From: a virus
Direction: 5' to 3' (one strand)
IMG/VR virus record: IMGVR_UViG_3300009158_000046
Location: 1-64,000 of that record
DNA length: 64,000 nucleotides
The translations under genes were made by a program, and so were the position numbers. Below, in pieces: positions 1-8,496 of the stretch. Within the stretch, counting starts at the first letter, position 1, and the number at the start of each line of letters is the position of its first letter. Under the pieces are notes generated by a model that made no database searches, had not been told where the DNA came from, and saw only the letters and a list, made by a program, of their open reading frames with translations.

Positions 1-352
1 CATTGTGCGCCACCCACATCGCGCCATCCTTGCGGGCGTCGAGCAGCCACCTCAGGTCGCTGGGCTTGAGGGCGTTCTGCCAGTCGGCGTGACCGAAGTT
101 CAGGTAGACGCCTTTGTGAGGCATGTTCTCGGTGTAGAAGCTGGCCCCACACAGGGTCGTGCGGCGGAAATCGAAAATCAGCTTTGAGTTGGACGGCTTC
201 GACCCGTCCTCCCGGTACTTGCAGCGCCGGTTCAGACCCTCGTGCCGGTCAGCGTCGTGGGTCTCAACGTCAAACCCGATGATGTCGGCAGCGGCGATCT
301 AATCGCGCAGGATCGGGCCTTGCTCGGCCCAGTTGCGTTGGTCGATCAGCAT
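1..352 (-). CDS. polA: Family A DNA polymerase, N-terminal 3'-5' exonuclease domain (runs off the window; in-frame TAG at 299-301)
   Basis: Manual translation MLIDQRNWAEQGPILRD*IAAADIIGFDVETHD...MWVAHN contains ExoI (FDVET) and ExoII-proximal (AHN) motifs; GAGG RBS before ATG 352; follows the 5'-3' exonuclease gene. Confidence 0.8.
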
Positions 353-359
353 GTGGACC

Positions 360-1106
360 TCAGTGCAGGAATTGGGAAAGAAGCTCGTCGGCCGCGTAGG
401 GGTTCAAAACCCCGACGACAGTCCCGGCTGAGATCTGAGCGTCGGGCACGTCGTAGAACCCGACGATCTGGTAGAAGGTCCGAACCAGAGCGGTGTTGGC
501 CGGTTCGGAGAGCCAACTCAGGCAGGCGGTCGACATCTCCGGTGGACTACCGTGACCGAAGGCCACGAAGTCCTCCAACCGCCGCTTGTCCACGGCATCG
601 AAAGACTTGGGACCAAATCCCTTGATGCCGGGAATGTTGTCTGAGGGGTCACCGACCGTCGCCTTGTAGAGACGGGTCCAACGCGGATCGCCCTTCATCT
701 CGAACGAGACGGTGACGTTCCGATTGACCAGGAGCTGTCCAAGGTCGCGATCGATGGTCTCGATCCGGATCGGCATCGTCGGGTAGCGCTTCACCAACGT
801 GGCGATGATGTCGTCGGCTTCGTAGTTCGGCACTTCGATCTGCAGCGCAGGGGTGTGCTTCAACCCGTCACGAATGAGCTGCACCATCGGAAAGAAATCC
901 TCCGATGGCTTGGATCGGCCCATCTTGTATTCGGGGTAGAGTTTGCGCCTCAGCGTGCGACAGGTTGGGTGATCGAAAGCCCAGACCACTGTCTTGGGTG
1001 GCCGGATCGCCAACATGTCGTTGATGATCCGGCGAGGTGCCCGCTGGCCGAAGTCCTTCTCGAAGGCCCGGCGGATGTAGGCAAGACCGTCGATGAGGGT
1101 GAGCAT
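360..1106 (-). CDS. 5'-3' exonuclease / flap endonuclease (PolI N-terminal-like)
   Basis: Motifs LIDG, YPEYK.GR, EADDIIATL, DRDL.QL, GDPSDNIPGIKGFGPK. Confidence 0.93.
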   Translation of the reverse strand: MLTLIDGLAYIRRAFEKDFGQRAPRRIINDMLAIRPPKTVVWAFDHPTCRTLRRKLYPEYKMGRSKPSEDFFPMVQLIRDGLKHTPALQIEVPNYEADDIIATLVKRYPTMPIRIETIDRDLGQLLVNRNVTVSFEMKGDPRWTRLYKATVGDPSDNIPGIKGFGPKSFDAVDKRRLEDFVAFGHGSPPEMSTACLSWLSEPANTALVRTFYQIVGFYDVPDAQISAGTVVGVLNPYAADELLSQFLH

Positions 1107-1181
1107 GGTGCCTCCAAAAAGAAGAGGGTGCCGACCGCAGCGGCACTACGGTCGACACCCTCGACTACCCACGGAAGTGGA

Positions 1182-1862
1182 TTAGGAACGCAGCGTCTCG
1201 AAGCCGATGACGCCCCAGTTGTTGGAGCCCTTCTGCTTCGGGATGTGCGAGAGACGAACCGGCACGATCCCCGCCGGGCCGAACTCCTTGAACGCCGCCT
1301 TCAGCCAGTCCATGCACAGCGCATAGCCGGTGTAGGGGGTCGTGTAGCCAAGCTTCGAGCCAGCCTCGACAACGCGCTTGGACTTCTTCAGATCGACATC
1401 TGAAATCAGCTCCATGACCAGCTCGACGCTGTCGTAGGAGCCCTTGCACATCGGATCGATGGACTGTGCGCGAGCGATGCACTCGTGCCAGGACTGACCG
1501 GAACGAGCCTCGCGAACGCCGTCGATCGACTTCAGGTAGATCGTCTGCCCCGCCGAGGTGTAGCGGAGTGAGTAGGGAAATTTCAGATCAGCCAACGCGA
1601 TGCGGACGTCGATCGTCTCGATCACGTCCGGGGTCTTGTCGATGTGCATTCCCGAGTAGTCGACCTGGAGGTAGAGGTCGACCGACTGCGGAGCCGCCTC
1701 GACGGCATCAGCAAGCGTGCGAGCCCGACCGGGGGCGGCAACGGTGGGAAGAGAACCCGACGCAGTCCCGGACAGTGCCGGAGCGGGGGCAGCAGCGGCA
1801 GCAGCAGCGGCAGCCTGAGCAGCGGCAATGGCGGCGTCGATGGCAGAATTGGATGCAGACAT
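1182..1862 (-). CDS. Replication-module protein, possible ssDNA-binding protein
   Basis: 226 aa, Ala-rich N-terminus, beta-rich body, between helicase and exonuclease; function from position only. Confidence 0.45.
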   Translation of the reverse strand: MSASNSAIDAAIAAAQAAAAAAAAAPAPALSGTASGSLPTVAAPGRARTLADAVEAAPQSVDLYLQVDYSGMHIDKTPDVIETIDVRIALADLKFPYSLRYTSAGQTIYLKSIDGVREARSGQSWHECIARAQSIDPMCKGSYDSVELVMELISDVDLKKSKRVVEAGSKLGYTTPYTGYALCMDWLKAAFKEFGPAGIVPVRLSHIPKQKGSNNWGVIGFETLRS

Positions 1863-1958
1863 TTTTAGACTCCAAATGAGGATTGTGGATTGCCATGTAA
1901 GATTAATCCCCTATCCGTCTAAGGATAGAGGTTGAGAGACAAACTATTTAGGAGTTTG

Positions 1959-3338
1959 TCAGAAGCTGAATTCTACCCTGTCCGGATCGACCTTCTTGGC
2001 CTCTCGGGACTTCTTGGCGACGATGCGAGAGATGTGCTCATCGATCGTCTTGCGGTAGAGCATCGTGGTGATGCGAAGAGCAGTCGAACGCTTCTGGCGC
2101 ATGAAGCGCCGGTAGGCCTGAAGGAGGACCGTGTCGACGTAGTGCAGTGTCACAAAGACGACGTGCCCTACTTCCTGGTGCCCACAGAATTGCCAGTTGA
2201 AACCGGTGTCGGCGACTTCTGGTGAGCAGACGAGGATCTTGATGCGACCGGCTCGGAAGTCGGCGTCAATCCCGGCGCGCTCTTCCGGGTTCTCGCCGTT
2301 CATCAGCTTGGCCCTGCCCCCAAGGCTGGCGACCAGTGCCAGGATTTCGTGCTGCTGGGGCCGCATCGAGGAGAAGATGACCAGAGGTGTGTCGTTCTCG
2401 ATCGCATCGGTGATGTGGAATTCGAGACGCTCGATTTTTCCCGCCCGCTGGCCGGGGGACAGGATGTTGATTGGCGGGGCCTTCGGGTCGGTCAAATCGG
2501 GGAAGCAGTTGGGATGCTCCATGATCTGGCGAGCGCGGGTGAAAGCCACGCCGGGGTTCTTGCCCTCGATGAAGAAGCGCTCCAGCTCAAGCACCCCCTC
2601 CTCGTGGAACTTGTGATAGACGACCGCCTGTTCCGGCAGCAGGTCGATCCACTCGGTCTGCATGACCTTGGCCTCGGGGCCATGGATGTCAGTGAACCGT
2701 CGACGTCGACCGTGGCGGATGAAAATCTCCCCCAGGATCTGGTGATCTCGGTAGCCGGTGGTCTTCAGGGTGAAGGTGTCGACGACGTGATGGCACTGCT
2801 TGAAGCCCTCGTAGCTGCCGTAGTAGAGAGGTTCGATGACCTGGATGACCGGGAAGGCGGTATCCAGCTTGCCGTTGATGAGTGTGCCCGTCATCGGCAC
2901 AAACCACTCACCGCGCTTCTTCATGAAGTCCCACATCGCGATCGTTCGCTGGCTCTCATGTCCACCGAACGCCTTGTGGCTCTCGTCGATGTGCAGGGCC
3001 TTGACGGTGTCCGGCAGGTCCTTCCAGACCTTCACGAACCGGGTGAAGCCCATGATGTAGACCCGTGCTCCGGGCCGCACCTCGTTCTCATCGACGATGA
3101 TCACGTCGCCTTCAGACCACCCGCCGAAGCGCATGGCCTCTTCCAGGTTCTTCTGGCGTAGCGAGTTCGGCATCACCCAGACTGTCGCCACGCCGTGCGT
3201 GTCCCAGAGCCACCGCTGTAGGACGCAGACAACCGGGGTCTTGCCGGTTCCTGGATCTGAAAGGAACAGTCCTTTCTTGTTGACCATGAACCAGCCGAGA
3301 TCCTCGATCTGGTCAGGCCGGAGGGTGAATGCCTCCAT
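1959..3338 (-). CDS. SNF2-like superfamily 2 helicase
   Basis: Q motif LRPDQ, Walker A PGTGKT, DESH box, MTGT, TGFNWQ, QAYRR. Confidence 0.92.
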   Translation of the reverse strand: MEAFTLRPDQIEDLGWFMVNKKGLFLSDPGTGKTPVVCVLQRWLWDTHGVATVWVMPNSLRQKNLEEAMRFGGWSEGDVIIVDENEVRPGARVYIMGFTRFVKVWKDLPDTVKALHIDESHKAFGGHESQRTIAMWDFMKKRGEWFVPMTGTLINGKLDTAFPVIQVIEPLYYGSYEGFKQCHHVVDTFTLKTTGYRDHQILGEIFIRHGRRRRFTDIHGPEAKVMQTEWIDLLPEQAVVYHKFHEEGVLELERFFIEGKNPGVAFTRARQIMEHPNCFPDLTDPKAPPINILSPGQRAGKIERLEFHITDAIENDTPLVIFSSMRPQQHEILALVASLGGRAKLMNGENPEERAGIDADFRAGRIKILVCSPEVADTGFNWQFCGHQEVGHVVFVTLHYVDTVLLQAYRRFMRQKRSTALRITTMLYRKTIDEHISRIVAKKSREAKKVDPDRVEFSF

Positions 3339-3673
3339 CAGAAAGGTCCCACCACGGGGTACTTGCAGACGTGTCGAGATCCACCGACAAAATAGACCAG
3401 CCGGGTGTTCTGAAAGACGGCGTCGTAGCTGTTCAACATCAGTCCACCCATCGGGGTCCTTGCACGCAGGGACACGCAGACCGAAGTGGCTGGACGATCA
3501 TTCGCCCGGTCGGCAAAAGGCGCAGTGACACGCATGTCCTGCACCGACCGGGGGTCATGGAAATTCTCGTTGATGTAGGCCCGGATCTGGGACTTCCAGT
3601 TGGACGGAAGCTGCTGAGCCTGAACTGCTGTCGGAGTCAGCAGAAGGGTAGCCATAGCGACGACGAGCTTCAT
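3338..3673 (-). CDS. Small exported protein with signal peptide
   Basis: MKLVVAMATLLLTPTAVQA-QQ signal peptide; stop overlaps helicase ATG. Confidence 0.6.
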   Translation of the reverse strand: MKLVVAMATLLLTPTAVQAQQLPSNWKSQIRAYINENFHDPRSVQDMRVTAPFADRANDRPATSVCVSLRARTPMGGLMLNSYDAVFQNTRLVYFVGGSRHVCKYPVVGPF

Positions 3674-3824
3674 CTTGGAGTTCCTTCCACGTTGTGGCCC
3701 CGGCTGGGGTCCAGTTAGAACACCGACGCCCCAACCACCCCATGTGGCTGGGGTGGCGGGGATCGTTGCAGATGCAATGATCGAGGCGGCAGTCGCCGTA
3801 GTGATCGAGCAGGTAATCACTCAA
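3555..3824 (-). CDS. Small Cys/His-rich hypothetical protein
   Basis: HYGDC..DHCIC..C pattern; start coupled to upstream stop. Confidence 0.5.
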   Translation of the reverse strand: MSDYLLDHYGDCRLDHCICNDPRHPSHMGWLGRRCSNWTPAGATTWKELQDEARRRYGYPSADSDSSSGSAASVQLEVPDPGLHQREFP

Positions 3825-4129
3825 GGCGACCTGAACCCCATCTGGGTCATCCGAACCCGCGTAGCTTCGATCTGATGGACCAGTAGGTGGTGCTGACGCT
3901 CCTTGCGGATCCGGTATGAAAACAGGGCTTTCTGCTCATCCGCATAGGCAAACCGCCTACCGCGAGGGTCACTGAAGACGAACTTCTCTGCAAACCCAAC
4001 CCTGATCCAGACTCCGCACCGGGTGTGTCTGAGAACCGGATAGGAGATCAGCGTCACAATCGGGTTGGATCTATCGTAGCCAGTCCAGTCATCCACGTAG
4101 CGATAGTAGACCTCTTGGTTAGCTGACAT
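3821..4129 (-). CDS. Hypothetical phage protein
   Basis: ORF from MSANQEVYYRY, coupled with neighbours. Confidence 0.7.
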   Translation of the reverse strand: MSANQEVYYRYVDDWTGYDRSNPIVTLISYPVLRHTRCGVWIRVGFAEKFVFSDPRGRRFAYADEQKALFSYRIRKERQHHLLVHQIEATRVRMTQMGFRSP

Positions 4130-4307
4130 CGTAGATCCCGGCCTCGACGCCCGTGACGTAGTTCTTGGCGGTCTCGGGAGCAACGCCGAAACGCTGGCCG
4201 ATCTCCTTGTAGGTGCGACCCTCTCGGCGCAGCTTCAGCAGTCGACGGATCTGGATCTTGTCCAGCTTGAGCTTGTGACCCGGCTTTCCGGGGTGGGAGT
4301 CGGACAT
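4119..4307 (-). CDS. Small helix-turn-helix DNA-binding protein
   Basis: LRREGRTYKEIGQRFGVAPETAKNY HTH pattern. Confidence 0.8.
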   Translation of the reverse strand: MSDSHPGKPGHKLKLDKIQIRRLLKLRREGRTYKEIGQRFGVAPETAKNYVTGVEAGIYDVS

Positions 4308-4308
4308 G

Positions 4309-4503
4309 TCAACGTTCCTGCCAAAGCACGTAGGCGGTCATCACGACAACGACCAAAAGAAACATCACGTAGGCGATGTTCATCGAATAGCCGAAGAACC
4401 AGGAGGCAGCCGCCACTGGCAGGCTAACCACCAAACCTGCAAAGCATCCCATGCCGAGAGCGAGAGGATATTTGAGGCCGGAGAAATCAGGCACTCCCAT
4501 CAC
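4309..4503 (-). CDS. Small two-TM membrane protein
   Basis: Two hydrophobic segments in 64 aa. Confidence 0.6.
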   Translation of the reverse strand: MMGVPDFSGLKYPLALGMGCFAGLVVSLPVAAASWFFGYSMNIAYVMFLLVVVVMTAYVLWQER

Positions 4504-5036
4504 TCACCCCCCTCTCGAACATGCTCGATCGCCTTGTTCGGATCGACCGTGCGCCAGTCCGGCCAATTCCGCTTCTCGTTGATCTCCTGCTTGGCGACCC
4601 AGGCGGTGATGATCTCCTCGGGAGAAAATCCCTCCTTCATCGCGCTCAGCAGGGCGATGGAGACGATGCTGGTCCACGGCTGCAGCTCAGTGCCGTCGCA
4701 CACGACGACATCGTCCAGGTTGGCCTCGATGTCGTGAACGAGGTCAATGTCCTGCGTGTCGGCAACCGAACCGGACAGGACGTTGAGAAAGCCGAGAGGC
4801 ACAAGCCCATGAGTCAGATCGCTGGAGATCTCCTCAGGCGTGAAACCGGCGCGCATTGCGCCGTCGCAGCCCAGGATCACGACGTCGATCCACTCCATGA
4901 GATCCTTGCCCTCGACGGCGCGGATCTCGGCCAGCTCCTTGCGGATGTGGTCGACGACGCCGGTCGTGCGCGGTCCTGGTCCGAAGGCAGAAAGCGAGAA
5001 GCACTTCTGACGATGAAGGTGTTCTGTGAGGTTCAA
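4500..5036 (-). CDS. dATP/dGTP pyrophosphohydrolase (DUF550-like) with internal duplication
   Basis: FS..AFGPG.RT.GVVDHIRKEL.EI, EWIDVVIL..DGA.R, KQEINEKRNWPDWR..DPNKAIEHVR; TTG start with GGAG RBS. Confidence 0.85.
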   Translation of the reverse strand: MNLTEHLHRQKCFSLSAFGPGPRTTGVVDHIRKELAEIRAVEGKDLMEWIDVVILGCDGAMRAGFTPEEISSDLTHGLVPLGFLNVLSGSVADTQDIDLVHDIEANLDDVVVCDGTELQPWTSIVSIALLSAMKEGFSPEEIITAWVAKQEINEKRNWPDWRTVDPNKAIEHVREGGE

Positions 5037-5605
5037 AGCAGGCTCCTGACGTAGGCGTCGAGCAAGGAAAGTCCGACGTTCGGCCATGGGATGGCGTCAG
5101 CGTCGAAGGGGGTGAAGGGCAACTCCTGAGCACCGGGGACGCGAAACCTCGAACAGAGGATCACCGTCCTGACTCTTGGAATGCTGAGCAGGCGCACGAT
5201 GTCGTCCACGTCCTTGAGGGCGTAGTCGACGATGATGAGAGGGGCGGCGTTGGTGCAGTTCAGGTCGCGGGTCAGACTCCTGATCGGGTCAGCCCATGGA
5301 ATGAAGAACACCGGCCGGTTTGGTGAGCAGATCTGGTGAGCGTACCGGAGAACCGAACTGGCCTCCGGTGGCACCCAGTAGGCACCGCCATCGAGGGCGG
5401 GACCTAGCTTGTGGACGATGGGATGATCGGGGATCTCTGCCCGATCTCCACCGCGAGCATAGTCGTGCGGACAGAACCGCGTGGTGACGACTTCGAACGG
5501 GCTCGCCAGCCGTTCCAGACCGGGGGTGAGGCAAACCCCACCCCCGGCCTCGTGAAGGAAGATCAGGTCATCCTGGCGATGGATGCCGTAGTGGTGGACG
5601 ATCAC
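5033..5605 (-). CDS. Hypothetical protein
   Basis: 190-aa ORF with 4-nt overlaps on both sides. Confidence 0.65.
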   Translation of the reverse strand: MIVHHYGIHRQDDLIFLHEAGGGVCLTPGLERLASPFEVVTTRFCPHDYARGGDRAEIPDHPIVHKLGPALDGGAYWVPPEASSVLRYAHQICSPNRPVFFIPWADPIRSLTRDLNCTNAAPLIIVDYALKDVDDIVRLLSIPRVRTVILCSRFRVPGAQELPFTPFDADAIPWPNVGLSLLDAYVRSLL

Positions 5606-5781
5606 TGCCGGTCCCCCTCGAAGAAATCGTCCTTTAAGGCTTCTTCCTCAGCACGAACTCGCAGCTCAGCAAGTGCATCCAGACCTCTGACCAACAGTCT
5701 AAAGTTCGGTATTGTGAGTTCTGCCTGTCGGACAAAGTGCTTCAGCTCATTGTCCGACAGTGTGTGCATTTGCTCAGTCAT
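5602..5781 (-). CDS. Hypothetical protein
   Basis: MTEQMHTL... coupled ORF. Confidence 0.6.
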   Translation of the reverse strand: MTEQMHTLSDNELKHFVRQAELTIPNFRLLVRGLDALAELRVRAEEEALKDDFFEGDRQ

Positions 5782-6140
5782 TATGCCGCCGCCTGTTTCT
5801 CTGTGACAGGCTTCACCGTAATGGCTGGCTTGGAGTTCTTCGACCAAACCTCCTTGAGAGATACGACGCCGATCTCGACCAACATCGTCTTGGTCTCCTC
5901 GGGCAGCGTGGCAAAGACCCCGGTGTTGAGAACCGGCTCCTCGCCCTTCAGCTCGGCGACCGAGCCGCGCTTGGTCTCGACCATGCCCTTGGCGGATGAG
6001 AAGCGAAGAGCCTTGTCGGCCTTGGTCGTGGCATCCCGCAGGACGTCCTTGAGGTGCTCGATGCGCTCAAGGGTCGGCGTGACCTCGACCTGGAGGTCAA
6101 TGATGGTGTCAGCTACGGTCTGAAGGTCGTTGATGCTCAT
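5781..6140 (-). CDS. Hypothetical protein
   Basis: AGGAG RBS, MSINDLQ..., typical codon usage. Confidence 0.75.
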   Translation of the reverse strand: MSINDLQTVADTIIDLQVEVTPTLERIEHLKDVLRDATTKADKALRFSSAKGMVETKRGSVAELKGEEPVLNTGVFATLPEETKTMLVEIGVVSLKEVWSKNSKPAITVKPVTEKQAAA

Positions 6141-6212
6141 TGTCGATCTCCTTGTTGTAGAAGCGCTGCAGTAGCGTTGTTGAGGCGGAAGGCTCTTTCT
6201 CAAAGGCGCATG

Positions 6213-6243
6213 AAAAAAGCCGACCTGTGAGGTCGGCTTTTTT
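6213..6243. terminator. Bidirectional intrinsic terminator downstream of the HTH regulator
   Basis: AAAAAAGCCGACC-tgtga-GGTCGGCTTTTTT. Confidence 0.9.
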
Positions 6244-6293
6244 GATATTCTGGGGCATCTGGTTATAGATGCGAATGTTCATGAAGTATTCGA

Positions 6294-6758
6294 CTAGGTC
6301 GACGACTGTACCTGTACTTTGCATGTGAGCGGCTTCGTCAGCTCCTCAAGCTTCATGTTGGTGATTTCTGCGATTTTCAGGAGTTGCGAGAGTGAGAAGT
6401 CGAACAAGCCATCCTCCATCTCGCCAACCCAGACGCGGTTGGCGAAGTCATGCTTGTCGGCAAACTCTCCGCGCTCCATCCCGAGAGTCACTCGGTGACG
6501 GAGAAGATGAACGCCCACCGCTCGGTGGACGGGAGACAGGGCCTTGCGGGCGGTGCGGGGGGTGTAACCACCAATGCGCTTTCCAGACCGTGGGATTTCA
6601 ATCCCACTCTCATTGGCGTACTGGATAGCCTCCTTGATGTACTCGGTGACGGAGGCTTGCGAGAGGCGGTGCGACAGCCGCTCGTAGATTTCGGGTCGGG
6701 TCAGGCGCTCTTCCAGGAAGAGCGCTCTCACCTGCAGCTTGAGAGTGTTCGTGGTCAT
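6294..6758 (-). CDS. Two-HTH transcription regulator (C-terminal XRE-like), candidate immunity repressor
   Basis: N-terminal LTRPEIYERL..SQASV; C-terminal RHRVTLGMERGEFA...EMEDG.FDFSLSQLLKIAEIT XRE pattern; stand-alone gene between attP and terminator. Confidence 0.7.
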   Translation of the reverse strand: MTTNTLKLQVRALFLEERLTRPEIYERLSHRLSQASVTEYIKEAIQYANESGIEIPRSGKRIGGYTPRTARKALSPVHRAVGVHLLRHRVTLGMERGEFADKHDFANRVWVGEMEDGLFDFSLSQLLKIAEITNMKLEELTKPLTCKVQVQSST

Positions 6759-6844
6759 TGAACCCCCGAGAAAAGTGGGGGGGCGTATGGGAGGAACAAA
6801 ACAGCACCCAGTGCCCCAAGGATGCACAGTGGGCTCTGGGAAAA

Positions 6845-6860
6845 GTTGAAAGCTTTCAAC
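6845..6860. promoter_or_regulatory. Palindrome copy 1, GTTGAAAGCTTTCAAC
   Basis: Perfect 16-bp palindrome upstream of the regulator. Confidence 0.85.
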
Positions 6861-6885
6861 GACTTGGGGGGAGCTGGGGTGGTAA

Positions 6886-6924
6886 TCCCAAAACTTCCGC
6901 GCTACCAGACTGCGCTATACCCCG
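6886..6924 (-). other. attP core region: 5' half of tRNA-Pro(TGG), not a complete tRNA
   Basis: CGGGGTATAGCGCAGTCTGGTAGCGCGGAAGTTTTGGG = acceptor 5' strand, D arm, anticodon 5' stem and TGG loop; pairing breaks after the loop; 60 nt downstream of the integrase. Confidence 0.85.
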
Positions 6925-6984
6925 TTTATACCCAAGCCGTTGAATTTGCAACCTATTCCCAAAGCCTTTGATTGAAGTCAGACT

Positions 6985-8046
6985 CTACAACTTACGCGAC
7001 TGGGGGAGAAGTGAGTGGGGACTGTGTTTCCCCAACAACTCCCTGAGAGTTTGCACGGATCCGGCGGCGTACAGCTCGTGGGCCTCGACCGTGGTGTGAC
7101 CCATGATCGACATCCGGTCCTCTCGGGACATCCCGAGCTGCCGGACCCACGACGCAAACGTATGACGCAGATCGTGAATTCTCGCTTTCGGCAACCCGGC
7201 TCTCTTCCGCAATACGGTCCAGCCTCGATAGATGGATACGTACCTTGTCCGTGTGCCGGGGTTGGTGAAGACGTACTCTGATAGTGGGTCACGGGCAATA
7301 CCTGCCAGTGTGTTCAGACTGTGTGTGGTGAGTGGGATCAGGCGGTCTCTTTTTGCCTTGTCCCGCTCCCGTGACAGCCTGATCGTACCCTTCTCCAAAT
7401 CGACCTCCGACCACATCAGGCCGAGGGCCTCTTCATGACGCATTCCGGTCTCCAAGATCAGCCGGATGTAGGCTGACCAGAAGCGACGGCCTTGCGCTGC
7501 GTCCAGCAGTCTCTGAACCTCATGAGGCTGTAGGAACCGGGCGTGATCCGAAGCTTTTCCTAGGCGCTTCTTGCTCACGAGCCGAACCGGGTTGTGGGTC
7601 GGGGCTCCCGGAAGTTCGTTCTCGACGGCAAATTCCAGCACGGCTGACAGGGCTGTCAGTTCATGGCGCACCTGGATGTCTGACGTCTGTGCCCTTCGGT
7701 CCTTCATATAGGTGCGGACCAGCTCCGGCGTGACAGCACTCAGCGGAATGTTGCCGAGGGTGTTCACGACGATCGCCATTTTGCGGGCGTACAATTTGGC
7801 CGTGCTGTCCTTGATGGTCAGCGACGGGTCTTGGAAGTAGTCATGGAGAGCCTGAATGAGGGTAAGGCTGTCGCGTCTGGTGGCTTCTCTTTCGAGTTCC
7901 TCTCGTCTGTGGTCTGCAACTTCGCGAGCGCGCTTGCGAAATGCTGGACTGGCGGGCACTCGTGTCGAGAAGCGATGAGTTTCTCCACCGACATCGAGTT
8001 CTGCATACCAGTACGGGCTTTCCGACCTTGTGAAGAGTTTGACCAT
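6985..8046 (-). CDS. int: Tyrosine integrase
   Basis: ETGMRHEEA (R), HDLRHTFAS (HxxR), IMGH, YA catalytic Tyr; N-terminal arm-binding-like domain. Confidence 0.96.
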   Translation of the reverse strand: MVKLFTRSESPYWYAELDVGGETHRFSTRVPASPAFRKRAREVADHRREELEREATRRDSLTLIQALHDYFQDPSLTIKDSTAKLYARKMAIVVNTLGNIPLSAVTPELVRTYMKDRRAQTSDIQVRHELTALSAVLEFAVENELPGAPTHNPVRLVSKKRLGKASDHARFLQPHEVQRLLDAAQGRRFWSAYIRLILETGMRHEEALGLMWSEVDLEKGTIRLSRERDKAKRDRLIPLTTHSLNTLAGIARDPLSEYVFTNPGTRTRYVSIYRGWTVLRKRAGLPKARIHDLRHTFASWVRQLGMSREDRMSIMGHTTVEAHELYAAGSVQTLRELLGKHSPHSLLPQSRKL

Positions 8047-8222
8047 CCCTTCTCTCTTTTTTGAGCAAGCCAGAGGCGAAAGGCCTCCTCCTCCCAGAGC
8101 CAGACGCCGTTAAGCTGAAAGGCTCCGGGAAGAAGACCGTGGCGAGCCCAGTAGTAGGCAACCCGCCTGGATACCCCTAGCCGTGGTATGATTTTCGAAA
8201 ACCTAACGTAGGTCTCCTGCAC
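7818..8222 (-). CDS. Excisionase-like wHTH protein overlapping the int 5' end
   Basis: RLGVSRRVAYYWARHGLLPGAFQLNGVWLW pattern; GGAGA RBS before GTG 8222. Confidence 0.7.
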   Translation of the reverse strand: MQETYVRFSKIIPRLGVSRRVAYYWARHGLLPGAFQLNGVWLWEEEAFRLWLAQKREKGWSNSSQGRKARTGMQNSMSVEKLIASRHECPPVQHFASALAKLQTTDERNSKEKPPDATALPSFRLSMTTSKTRR

Positions 8223-8268
8223 GTTTCTCCCCCGTGAAATTCTGAACAGTCTCGTACAATATCGTTCG

Positions 8269-8496
8269 TTAATCTGATTGCGACTCATTATTGAGTCTAA
8301 TTAGTTCTGATACAGAATATGGGATTTGATATTTATTTATTAATAGCAAGTTAACAGCAGTCTCTAGTCTTTTGATTGATTTTCCAAGCTCATGAAATTC
8401 GTCGGTTCTAAACCCCGCCAATAATTCAATGGCGAGGTCCTCACTCACGTCAGATAGGGCTTCAAGCAGCGGTTTGATGTCGGTACTCTCTGTCAT
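8269..8496 (-). CDS. Hypothetical protein (AT-rich)
   Basis: 75-aa ORF with GGAG RBS. Confidence 0.55.
   Translation of the reverse strand: MTESTDIKPLLEALSDVSEDLAIELLAGFRTDEFHELGKSIKRLETAVNLLLINKYQIPYSVSELIRLNNESQSD

Noticed and set aside
299-301. Genome-wide TAG reassignment
   Set aside because: TAG ends int, primase, L and J at sensible positions, and I saw no other gene interrupted by TAG
6845-6860. Palindrome as a host LexA or LacI-family operator
   Set aside because: Does not fit the alphaproteobacterial LexA GTTC-N7-GTTC repeat, and the variable centre lacks the fixed CG of LacI-type sites
6886-6924. Complete phage tRNA-Pro gene
   Set aside because: The anticodon 3' strand (expected ACTTC), T arm and acceptor 3' strand are absent
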